Assembly (NCBI GenBank): GCA_964610875.1
Contig: CAZSWP010000063.1
Coordinates: 1 to 13,274, forward strand
Direction of reading: 5' to 3'
Length of the DNA: 13,274 nt
Source: an uncultured archaeon
Lineage (GTDB): Archaea > Asgardarchaeota > Thorarchaeia > Thorarchaeales > Thorarchaeaceae
This document shows, piece by piece, positions 1 to 8,435 of the stretch. The position numbers and the translations under genes were made by a program. Each line of letters starts with the position of its first letter. Within the stretch, counting starts at the first letter, position 1. The notes beneath the pieces are model-generated. The model searched no databases. It saw nothing but the letters and a program-made list of their open reading frames with translations, and was not told the DNA's origin.

Positions 1-133
1 GCTCAACAGCATGAGGAAAGGGTAAGGTCCTTCACGCAACCTGAATCGATTGCACTAATCCCGTCGAAGGCCCGTACCTCTTCCGGCAATCCCGAAGGAC
101 TGCCAGAACAAGCTGTTGCCTTCCCTGTGGGAA
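1..133 (-). repeat. Structured dispersed repeat, copy 1 (near complete; cut by the left window edge)
   Basis: 20-55 (gggtaaggtccttcacgcaacctgaatcgattgcac) is identical to 12648-12683. Inverted repeats: caacagc 4-10 / gctgttg 112-118; hairpin 85-104 reads GGCAGUCC-UUCG-GGAUUGCC on the minus strand; hairpin ttccc-tgt-gggaa 121-133. Strand assigned from G-U-compatible mismatches. Confidence 0.9.
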
Positions 134-183
134 TGAATGTATCAGAATATTTAACACAATGAAGAGGATACGATTTCATAATC

Positions 184-921
184 GTGGTGGATTTGAAAAT
201 GATGATATCTTATCAATATGTTATCTTTCTATCCATATTCTTAACAAGTGTGGTTTTTTGTATTATTGTAGTCGTTAGTAATAAAATGAGATCACTTCAA
301 TATAGAAAAGAAGCATTTTCATTCCATTCTGTTCTCTTCAGTTCAAAAAAAATCCTGACACTACTAATAGTTTCATGCGTACTTTCTACGCTATTGATCT
401 TGGAAATTACACCAGCAGGGGACTTCAATCAAGATTATCAGAACCAAGACACTCGTGTTTTCACTGTAGCGAACTATGACAACTCGACAGACGTAGCCTC
501 AATCAAGGGACAACACAACTTGCTCTTAGATCAGAGGTATTGTATTGTTTTTTCTGACGCAATATATTACAACCCACTGGAAGATGGGTTTCCCAGTATC
601 AATTCATCGTGGGTTCTGAACTACTCATTGAAGGTTTTCCTTATCGGAAACGCGACCATATTGATGAGGTTCTATGTCTATAATATCGACAGGGAATTTC
701 TGGGAGAGTCTCATATAATTGTCAAGAGTTCAATACACGAAGGTTCTGTAAGTGACTCGATTACTAGAAATACTACAGATATTCTGGACTACTATTGCTT
801 AGCGGGAGCTGAATACAACACAAGACTGGCATTCATCTCAATTCTGAGTGGAAATTCAGAAGTGAGTGACATTGATAGTGCAAATCCAGCTACTTTACGG
901 CTAATATCGGCATCCATTTGA
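184..921 (+). CDS. Hypothetical membrane-anchored protein
   Basis: 245-aa ORF with two N-terminal hydrophobic segments followed by a beta-rich soluble region; no recognisable motif; true start uncertain. Confidence 0.7.
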   Translation: MVDLKMMISYQYVIFLSIFLTSVVFCIIVVVSNKMRSLQYRKEAFSFHSVLFSSKKILTLLIVSCVLSTLLILEITPAGDFNQDYQNQDTRVFTVANYDNSTDVASIKGQHNLLLDQRYCIVFSDAIYYNPLEDGFPSINSSWVLNYSLKVFLIGNATILMRFYVYNIDREFLGESHIIVKSSIHEGSVSDSITRNTTDILDYYCLAGAEYNTRLAFISILSGNSEVSDIDSANPATLRLISASI

Positions 922-941
922 AACCATCAGGTCCATCTTAG

Positions 942-1610
942 TTAAATGACCCTCCCATCACGTAGACGCACTTCTCGATCCATACAGTGTCCAATTTCTA
1001 AATCATGAGTAGCAACAATTAATATACCATTCATCTTCTGTACAAGTTGTTTCATCATTTCAACGACCAACAAACCGGTTTTTGAATCCAATTGTCCTGT
1101 AGGTTCATCAGCAAGAACAACCACAGGATTATTCGCTAAAGCTCTCGCTAGTGCAACTCGCTGTCTTTCACCACCAGATAATTCGCTTGGAAGATGATTA
1201 CTTCGATTAATAAGATTCACTGATTCAAGTAAAGAATTGACTCTTTTTGTTCGCATTGTTTTTTGTGTCCCGGCAGCTAATAGAGGTAGTTCAATATTCT
1301 CAAATGCAGTAAGATAAGGAATAAGATTGTGCATTTGAAATATGAATCCAACCTTGAAACGACGATAGATGGTTGTTTCAGACTCGCCCAATTCTGTAAT
1401 TGATTTCCCTCCAACAGAAATGTCACCAGATGTTGGTAAATCCAAAGCACCAAGAAGAGAAAGAAGGGTCGTTTTTCCAGATCCTGACGGTCCGGTTACT
1501 GCAATGCTTTCACCTTCATTGAATGATAAATTTACTTCTTTCAAAGCTTGAATGCATCTTTGACCAATTTGATATTCTTTTGTTACTTCAGAGATTTCAA
1601 TCATAGACAT
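942..1610 (-). CDS. ABC transporter ATP-binding protein, LolD/MacB/SalX family
   Basis: Walker A GPSGSGKT, Q-loop GFIFQ, signature LSGGE, Walker B VVLADEPTGQLD, H-loop ATHD. Confidence 0.96.
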   Translation of the reverse strand: MSMIEISEVTKEYQIGQRCIQALKEVNLSFNEGESIAVTGPSGSGKTTLLSLLGALDLPTSGDISVGGKSITELGESETTIYRRFKVGFIFQMHNLIPYLTAFENIELPLLAAGTQKTMRTKRVNSLLESVNLINRSNHLPSELSGGERQRVALARALANNPVVVLADEPTGQLDSKTGLLVVEMMKQLVQKMNGILIVATHDLEIGHCMDREVRLRDGRVI

Positions 1611-1619
1611 TCATTTCCC

Positions 1620-4256
1620 TCATTGCATTTCGTTTTTGATTAAATCTACCAGATTCTTCTTTCGAAGATACATCACAGCTATTAATGTGGTGATAATTAT
1701 GCTAAAAAGACAAGGTATACATACTATCAGAAAATCAAACATAGGAATTACTTCACCAAGAAAAATGAAAGGAACTTGTATTGTGGGATAACCTAGTAAT
1801 TCACCAAGAATTAGAGGAAAATACAATATTGAAATACAGATTAGTCCACCAATAAATCCCATTAAAATGATTATCAGACTCTCAAAGAAAATAATTCCAT
1901 AAATTTGTATTGAAGTAAATCCCACAGATTTCAGTATTCCATATACATATCGATTTGTGATTATCTTTGAAATTTGAGTCGTTCCTACAATTAGAAGGAT
2001 ACTTGTGATTGTTACAAACATTACCAAGTTCAGAAGTTTGGAAATAGCTACAAACCTCTCAGTGTAAGCATTCAATTCTTCTTCAGCAGACAAAGCATAG
2101 AATGAATCAGTTAACATAGAAATCTGTTTTATTACTTCTTCATACTTCGTGGAATCATCCAACCCAATTAGAATTCGGTCTATTTCATAAATCTCCGTAC
2201 TTTCAATGATTTGAGGGCTTAAAAAGATGCCAGGATTTTTCGAGGGGATTCCTGGCATATTATCGACAATAGAACTGATAGTGAAATTTCTCGAAATTTG
2301 GGACACAATACCAATCTCAGATATGTCAGCTAAGCTGATAGAAACCGATTCGCCCACTTCTTTACATAGAAACCGCGCAAGATTTGTGCTTATGATAAGA
2401 GAACTAGGATTTGTCAGAAGCTTTGCTGCAGTTTCTATTGTATTATTATCAATAGAATCGAATTTTACGACATCTTGATAATCCACTCCTGTAATGAAAT
2501 AAGAGATGATTTCACCATCTTCAGGGATTTCTGAAACATTGTTGACATATGTGTATGCAAGGGAAGATCTCCTAATAGGACAAATTTTTCTGACATTTGG
2601 AACATCTTTTAACGAGTCAATAATACTCTCATTACTAATACCACTTATTTGGATATCTCCTCCAAGACGCATATACACATTTGGAGTTTGTTGATAACGG
2701 ATTCCCATAGCAGCGGTGGATGACAATATTACCAATAATAGACATAAGGCTATGGCTATGATATTAGACGTTATATGTTTACTATTTGATTTGATTGATT
2801 GAAATGCAATCTTAAAGTGTGCAAATCGAGATGAATCTACAATTCCGTATGAGTTTCTGTTAGATGAATTTGATGAAAATAAAAACCGTAAAATAGAAAT
2901 CATAAGTAAAAACGCAGATACTGTAGCTAGTATAGGCAAAAAATGAGTTAATGATGCTGAAAAGGGAATAATTCCACCAAACAGGTTAAGTATGACATAT
3001 CCAATGAAAAAGGGAATTACAAATTTCAATGATTTTTTCTCTTTAGAATGATTTACCCTTGGACATAATGCCATCTGAGGACTTCCAGATGTTCCTTTTA
3101 TAGATGGATACGCACCTGCCAAGATGACAATGAAAAAGCCAAGTGCTACTACAACAAGAGATGATAGTGAAAAACGAATTTGTAAAGAAGAGGGTGAAGA
3201 TAACCCGAACTCTGAAATGATATTTTGGTAAGAATTTAGGAAAAGTTTTCTTGATACATCCATGAGAAAGGGAGAAAGAAAGTTAAAAGTACCGATTGAG
3301 AATATCAAGGAGAATAATATACCAATTGGCCCGATTACTAGTGGTATATAGAAGAAAATTCTCTTGATTTGATTTTTCGAAAAGCCAATCGCGTATAAGA
3401 CGCCTACTTCATGGAGTACTTCATAAATACTAATTGTTACTAGACTGTACGTAGCAGTAAACGCAGATAGTAAAGAACAACAAAATAATATTGTTAACAA
3501 AAAATGTGAATTCTCAAGTGCTTCGAGTATAGGGCGAGAATAAGCAATTTTAGGAGTGATTACATTCGCTGACGGAAATTTATGTTCAATATCCAATGCA
3601 AAATTAGTCACCAATTCGTTATTTTGTACATGTTCCCGTATTAGTTTTATTCCAAGATAGTTTGAAAAACCCGAAATGCCTGTTGCTTTGAGGATTGAAT
3701 CATGTGATATACATAACATACTTGATGCTTGTCCGATTTCATGAACAATTCCACAGATTACAAAACTTCTACTAAGGTTTAGTGTTTGAATATCTACACT
3801 AATTACATCGCCAATTTCTACTAACAATACTGATGCAAGTTGATGTCCGAGGGCAACCATTTCTGAAGTATTTGGTAATGATCCAGAATCTATCACTAAT
3901 CCATTGAACCACGTATCTTCATCTGTCGAAACAATGAATCGACAACTACGATAGGTTCCTGCTAATTCATTGGTAACTCTACTATATACGTTGATTCTGG
4001 GTTCGAATTTCTCAATTAACTGATTATCGATTTCGCTAATCGCATCAATAGTAACATTGGTTGATTTGAAATCATGAAAAGTAATAGATATATCATCAAT
4101 ACCTCGATTATCCAATTCAACATTCACTGCATATGCAGCATTTTCCATCACTAATGAAACATTCAGAGGAAGACTAATAGATATGGCAATAGCCAAAATT
4201 GTAATTATTGTTCTTACTCTTTGCTTCCTTATTATTTTGAATGAAATTCTAAGCAT
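1620..4256 (-). CDS. ABC transporter permease, FtsX/MacB-like with two fused repeats
   Basis: 878 aa with twice TM - large extracellular domain - 3 TM; FtsX-like motifs EVGVLYAIGFSKNQI and YGILKSVGFTSIQI; ends 9 bp before the ATPase start. Confidence 0.92.
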   Translation of the reverse strand: MLRISFKIIRKQRVRTIITILAIAISISLPLNVSLVMENAAYAVNVELDNRGIDDISITFHDFKSTNVTIDAISEIDNQLIEKFEPRINVYSRVTNELAGTYRSCRFIVSTDEDTWFNGLVIDSGSLPNTSEMVALGHQLASVLLVEIGDVISVDIQTLNLSRSFVICGIVHEIGQASSMLCISHDSILKATGISGFSNYLGIKLIREHVQNNELVTNFALDIEHKFPSANVITPKIAYSRPILEALENSHFLLTILFCCSLLSAFTATYSLVTISIYEVLHEVGVLYAIGFSKNQIKRIFFYIPLVIGPIGILFSLIFSIGTFNFLSPFLMDVSRKLFLNSYQNIISEFGLSSPSSLQIRFSLSSLVVVALGFFIVILAGAYPSIKGTSGSPQMALCPRVNHSKEKKSLKFVIPFFIGYVILNLFGGIIPFSASLTHFLPILATVSAFLLMISILRFLFSSNSSNRNSYGIVDSSRFAHFKIAFQSIKSNSKHITSNIIAIALCLLLVILSSTAAMGIRYQQTPNVYMRLGGDIQISGISNESIIDSLKDVPNVRKICPIRRSSLAYTYVNNVSEIPEDGEIISYFITGVDYQDVVKFDSIDNNTIETAAKLLTNPSSLIISTNLARFLCKEVGESVSISLADISEIGIVSQISRNFTISSIVDNMPGIPSKNPGIFLSPQIIESTEIYEIDRILIGLDDSTKYEEVIKQISMLTDSFYALSAEEELNAYTERFVAISKLLNLVMFVTITSILLIVGTTQISKIITNRYVYGILKSVGFTSIQIYGIIFFESLIIILMGFIGGLICISILYFPLILGELLGYPTIQVPFIFLGEVIPMFDFLIVCIPCLFSIIITTLIAVMYLRKKNLVDLIKNEMQ

Positions 4257-4282
4257 TTTATGGATTCACTTCTTTTCATAAT

Positions 4283-4311
4283 AAAAATGAGTGCGCAGTT
4301 TGCACACTCAT
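4283..4311 (-). terminator. Hairpin plus U-tract, putative terminator
   Basis: Minus strand ATGAGTGTGCA-AAC-TGCGCACTCAT (11 bp, one G-U) running into a T-tract; lies 24 nt after the restored stop (4335) of the upstream gene. Confidence 0.6.
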
Positions 4312-4334
4312 ATTAAATGTCTTTAAATTCTTGA

Positions 4335-5139
4335 TTAGAATCCAAGATCATTGTCGTATTCTAGGGCTTCCAGAAGATATAGCTTGCAGTCTGATGATGG
4401 TGAATCATCCCCCATAATGAAGGTGTTAGTATATGAGTACTCCCGATCAGCAAGCATAAGGGATACCGTACCAATATGCCTTGAACCACATTTCAGTCTT
4501 GATTTTTACTGCAAATCTGTGGGTATCATAGGAACCAGCATCTTCATTTGGAATTCCGATTTTCACACTAACAACAAAATCATTCTGAGTAACACCGCCA
4601 GTAGCCATAACAATCTGAATCTGGCCTAAGTGACAATATCCTCCTGAATTTGTATCATCAAGATCCCATGAATGTGTTTGAATTTCTGTACTTGAACCGG
4701 AAATCGAAAACCCAATGTCGCCACGGATCTTGTAGTTCTCGTTGTCACCATATTCCCCACGAACTCCTGCTTTTCCTTCAATTGTAAGTTTCGTCCCATA
4801 AGTTGAGGAATGCATTGCATAATCGGCTAATTCCATCCAATCTGCAGCCCAACCCAAAGTTAGATCTCTGACATAGACATCAATCAATAGCTCTCTAGGT
4901 TCATAGTGCCAACCGAAAGTCCCCTGTTCTTGATAGCCTTGAGCTTTAATATAGACTGGGAACTCTGTAATACCTCCTGCATCAACATACCACATATCGA
5001 GAGGTACCTTAACCCATATATCCCTAGCAGTGCTATCGTATATTTCTTGTCCGTATGATGTTACTGCATAGGCAAAAAGTGGTATGATAAGAATAATGCC
5101 CAGAGTTAATATCCAAATTCTTCGATTTGTTTTTCTCAT
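4335..5139 (-). pseudogene. Secreted/membrane-tethered hypothetical protein, probably frameshifted near its 3' end (called ORF 4447-5139; restored end 4335)
   Basis: Signal-like N-terminus MRKTNRRIWILTLGIILIIPLFAYA. Tandem AGCA-AGCA at 4449-4456; removing one copy extends the frame as ...GIPYADREYSYTNTFIMGDDSPSSDCKLYLLEALEYDNDLGF* to TAA 4335-4337. The ORF itself is well supported, the frameshift is inferred. Confidence 0.6.
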
Positions 5140-5295
5140 TTTTTTTCTCCATTTTGTAAAACTAAGAGTTTTACTCTCCTTGTATCCACTAGATAGAAGG
5201 AAGTCTTACATCCCCAATTACTACGTGCAAATAATGTAAAATGATTTAAAATATAAAAGAATTTCCTCTAAAGCAACAATGGTATATTGTAAAAA

Positions 5296-5406
5296 TGAAA
5301 AGGGCGCTCAACAATGTGAGGAGAGGGGAAGTACCTTAATACCTGACCCCGTATGCCATGTACGAATACAGTCCTGAGGGTAGTATATACATCCCGTTTG
5401 AGAGGT
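5296..5406 (-). repeat. Structured dispersed repeat, copy 2 (divergent interior)
   Basis: tgaaaagggcgctcaaca (5296-5313) matches copies 3 and 4; then tgaggagaggggaagtacctt resembles tgaggaaagggtaaggtcctt; conserved atcccgt at 5391-5397; internal hairpin tgta-cgaa-taca 5359-5370 (UUCG loop on minus). Right boundary approximate. Confidence 0.75.
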
Positions 5407-5563
5407 TAGATTTATATGGTGGGATTTAGAACTTGGTTTTGTCTTGCTTATAACTGAGAAGACAAATCGTTGTAGAATGATATGCTGGAGGGCATCGATT
5501 GTGCCTGTGATAAACAGGGTCGTTGATTCCAGTTATCCCGATACTTGATGGAGAGGAGTAGAA

Positions 5564-6541
5564 ATGCGAAAAAAAAACAATCTAAGAGTGATTGTGCTAT
5601 ATGGTATATTACCACTGCTTTTGGTTTCAACAATAATCATACCTGTGATTTTTCAGTCAACAATAGTTGATGCTAGAACAAATGAGAGTACACTTGATGG
5701 GTATTCCCTCTTAAAGTGGTCACCGATTATACCTATTGGTATCTTGACTCCGGAATCCTCTGGACATTTAAAAGATGAGTATGATGTTGTTTACGACGTC
5801 CTAGATGGGCTCAACGATGATTTCGGAACTCATATCTCAATCTACCGGAAAGCTGGTAGTTCCGCTACAGAGTATGGTCTAAAATACCTGTTGAGGTACA
5901 CAGAGAGAACTCATGTTTCATCACATGGACAATATCATTCAACATACAAATCTGGTGTTGATTTGTATAATGGATACATCTATTCAAGTGATGTGAATTA
6001 TTGGTCAATTTCAAGTCCGAAATCTGATCTTCTATTTCTAAGTGCATGTGAAAGCTTAGGGTACAACGGACATACAGAGTCCTCTCTCGCAAGCAGTATT
6101 TGCTCTAAATCTTCTGTTGATATGGTAGTTGGATATAATGATGTTGTTGATGCATATTCAGCAACTTACATAGCTCATAAATTCTGGTGGTTCTTAACAA
6201 GAGCTGCTGAACCATACGGAGGTTTTGACGGGCATACTTCTTTTAATTTGGCTCAAGCTTCATGTCAGGGACATATTGATGGACTTGAGGCAGCTGCATC
6301 GTTAGGTGCTTCCGCAATTATTGCTCTTGCAGGAGCTGCTGTTGGAGGGGAGGTTGGACTTCTTCTTGGGGCAATTCTAGGTGAGTTAGCTGAACAGGCT
6401 CTTCTTGAGTTGACTGCAGGGGACTGGATTGAATTGCAACAGGATACACATGATGCCTTTGAGTACTATGGAGAGGTGTATGTACCTGAGTTAGTTTGGA
6501 CTGGTGGCGGTGATCCCTGGGGTAAAGATTTACCGTTCTAG
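5564..6541 (+). CDS. Secreted protein with putative caspase/CHAT-like (His-Cys) domain and hydrophobic Gly/Ala-rich C-terminal helices
   Basis: Basic-hydrophobic N-terminus; HVSSHG ... LLFLSACES ... MVVGYNDVVDA follows the caspase-hemoglobinase fold pattern; C-terminal AAASLGASAIIALAGAAVGGEVGLLLGAILG; purine-rich SD-like gagaggag upstream. Confidence 0.7.
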   Translation: MRKKNNLRVIVLYGILPLLLVSTIIIPVIFQSTIVDARTNESTLDGYSLLKWSPIIPIGILTPESSGHLKDEYDVVYDVLDGLNDDFGTHISIYRKAGSSATEYGLKYLLRYTERTHVSSHGQYHSTYKSGVDLYNGYIYSSDVNYWSISSPKSDLLFLSACESLGYNGHTESSLASSICSKSSVDMVVGYNDVVDAYSATYIAHKFWWFLTRAAEPYGGFDGHTSFNLAQASCQGHIDGLEAAASLGASAIIALAGAAVGGEVGLLLGAILGELAEQALLELTAGDWIELQQDTHDAFEYYGEVYVPELVWTGGGDPWGKDLPF

Positions 6542-6570
6542 AACACTGTAGAATGTTGGAGTTGTATTGA

Positions 6571-7887
6571 GTGAGTCGAGTGTCAAGATATGAAAAAACG
6601 ATATGCATAGTATTTGCGATTATGCTTCTGTTTGTTCTTTGTCATTTGCCTCACTCAAATTCATTTTCTTCTCAGGAGGAAACTGAAGAAAATCAGATTT
6701 CACTAGCACAATTTACAAAGAGCAGAGAGCAAGCAATTGTCGACTATTTGACTGCGCTTTATGATGAGAAGGGCTACTTTCATTATTCACTGAGTGCACC
6801 ACCTTATGAGGGGCTGTTAGGACTCTATCCAGGTTTAGTAGATATTTATGATGGCTATCTAACACTTAATACACTCGATTCAATCAACAAAATTGACTTG
6901 AATGAAAGCAAAGACCTTCTTGAAAATCTAATCAATACTGATGTAGATTCAGAGTTTTTTGGATTAATTAATGACTCGCATAGCATTGGCCCAAATGTAG
7001 CTGGACTTTACACAGGTCTGGCGTTATTCCAAGGCTTTGGTATGATGGATTTGCTTGACTTGGAGTTGATAGCAAATTGGGTTGCATCTTGTCAACAGAC
7101 AGATGGAGGATTCTCATCCAATATTGAATTTACAGCATCACGAATTACGTATACCTATTTTGCAATTGAACTTCTTTCGCAATTTGAATACTTGGATAGG
7201 ATTAATACAGACACTTGTGTTTCGTTTGTTTTGGATTGTATCAACTCAGACGGTGGTTTTGGAAATAGTCCTAGTAGCGAATCAGATTCAGAAATAACTC
7301 CACTTGGTTTGATGGTACTGGAAACTCTTGGAAGTAAAACTGAGATAAATGAGACTTCAATCTTGAAATTTGAACTCGATAATTGGGATAATGAAACTGG
7401 AAGTAACATTGAGGGTTCGATTGTAGAAACAGAAAGAAGTTTGTGGTCTTTTTCTCTCTTAGATTCATTGAATCTTATTAATACTGAACAGGCTATTGAA
7501 TGGATTCTCTCATGCCAATCACATCAAGATGGGTCTTTCAGAATGTATCCTGATGACGATAGCGATAGATTAGAATTCTGCCGAGCTGCTGTTCATTCTC
7601 TCGAACTCCTGAATTCTCTAGATTCTTTAATAGCAACATTTACGGTTCAAGTCGAACCAGTGTGGGAAATACCTCAATGGTACTTGGATAGAATATCTGA
7701 TTTGACCGACACCACAAGTGAAAATCCTGGTGAATCTTTTATCATTCCAGATATGACATGGTTAGTAAATGGACTAATTTCGATAGCTCCTTTCTCAATC
7801 TGTCTTATACCACTTCTATATTACGTATATGTAGATAAACAAGAAAAAGCGGAGCGACGTCAGATAAAGAAAAGAAGAAAGAGATGA
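6571..7887 (+). CDS. Exported, C-terminally anchored prenyltransferase/squalene-cyclase repeat (alpha/alpha barrel) protein
   Basis: QW-like repeats WVASCQQTDGGF, FVLDCINSDGGF, WILSCQSHQDGSF; N-terminal signal-like segment; C-terminal TM followed by basic tail KKRRKR. Confidence 0.85.
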   Translation: MSRVSRYEKTICIVFAIMLLFVLCHLPHSNSFSSQEETEENQISLAQFTKSREQAIVDYLTALYDEKGYFHYSLSAPPYEGLLGLYPGLVDIYDGYLTLNTLDSINKIDLNESKDLLENLINTDVDSEFFGLINDSHSIGPNVAGLYTGLALFQGFGMMDLLDLELIANWVASCQQTDGGFSSNIEFTASRITYTYFAIELLSQFEYLDRINTDTCVSFVLDCINSDGGFGNSPSSESDSEITPLGLMVLETLGSKTEINETSILKFELDNWDNETGSNIEGSIVETERSLWSFSLLDSLNLINTEQAIEWILSCQSHQDGSFRMYPDDDSDRLEFCRAAVHSLELLNSLDSLIATFTVQVEPVWEIPQWYLDRISDLTDTTSENPGESFIIPDMTWLVNGLISIAPFSICLIPLLYYVYVDKQEKAERRQIKKRRKR

Positions 7888-7977
7888 AGATAATTCATAC
7901 GATTAAAAGATTCAATCTTTACAAAAAAAACAATCAACAATCTAAAGCAGGAAGGGGTCTTCAATCCAACCTTTCTT

Positions 7978-8301
7978 TTGGATATTCATAGGTCCAAGTC
8001 GGATCCTTTTTTACAACTAGACAGTGAACAAATTACATGCATCCTCCAACAGGATGGAAAAGCGGTCAGATGGAAATTACGCTCAACAGTGACTAAGGAG
8101 ATCATTCATTCAGCCGCCATGGTCTTTAATCAAGAAAAACCAGAGGCCGAGAAGACGGTGGAGGTCTTCAAAGAACGCCTGGAGTATTTTGTAACAAAAT
8201 ACTTTGGAACTCACGAGAAACTATCTGTCAGAGTATTCAATTTTGATTCACTATTGGAGCAACTTCAGACTATTCTCAAGCGATTGAGAAGAGAGTGGTA
8301 A
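7978..8301 (+). CDS. Hypothetical protein, probably 5'-truncated or frameshifted
   Basis: 107-aa ORF from TTG; the frame is open back to 7894 without an ATG; stop lies 33 bp before repeat copy 3. Confidence 0.45.
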   Translation: MDIHRSKSDPFLQLDSEQITCILQQDGKAVRWKLRSTVTKEIIHSAAMVFNQEKPEAEKTVEVFKERLEYFVTKYFGTHEKLSVRVFNFDSLLEQLQTILKRLRREW

Positions 8302-8334
8302 CGAACCTGGAATCGACTCAGCTGACTAAGAATA

Positions 8335-8420
8335 TGAAAAAGGGCGCTCAACAGTGGAGGGGGGTAAGGTCCTTCACGCAACCGTCTGATTGCACTATCC
8401 CGTCGAAGGCCCGTATCCCT
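8335..8420 (-). repeat. Structured dispersed repeat, copy 3 (truncated on the right)
   Basis: tgaaaaagggcgctcaacag ... gggtaaggtccttcacgcaacc (8362-8383, identical to 20-41) ... atcccgtcgaaggcccgta; lacks the UUCG hairpin present in copies 1 and 5. Confidence 0.9.
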
Positions 8421-8435
8421 GAGAGAATCATGAAG

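Noticed and set aside
57-68. Minus-strand TTCGACGGGATT resembles the 5' region of bacterial tmRNA
   Set aside because: Only about 12 nt; no tRNA-like acceptor/T-arm ends or tag ORF; not conserved in copy 5.
71-100. cccgtacctcttccg resembles 5S rRNA loop C region
   Set aside because: No CCGAAC in register, no 5S helix arrangement, not conserved across copies.
5183-5192. tatccactag shared with 11663-11672, both upstream of secreted genes
   Set aside because: Only a 10-mer, different distances to the starts (44 vs 84 bp), absent before the third secreted gene; too weak to call a regulatory site.
7949-8315. Weak repeat-like stretches aggaaggggtcttcaatccaacct (7949-7972) and aacctggaatcga (8304-8316)
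   Set aside because: Short gapped matches without the paired arms; the first lies in an open reading frame; cannot be separated from chance.
8342-8372. GGGCGCTCA ... GTAAGGTCC resembles twister-sister ribozyme motifs
   Set aside because: The required stem cannot form between the motifs, GTGCAA is on the opposite strand, and wobble evidence favours the minus strand.
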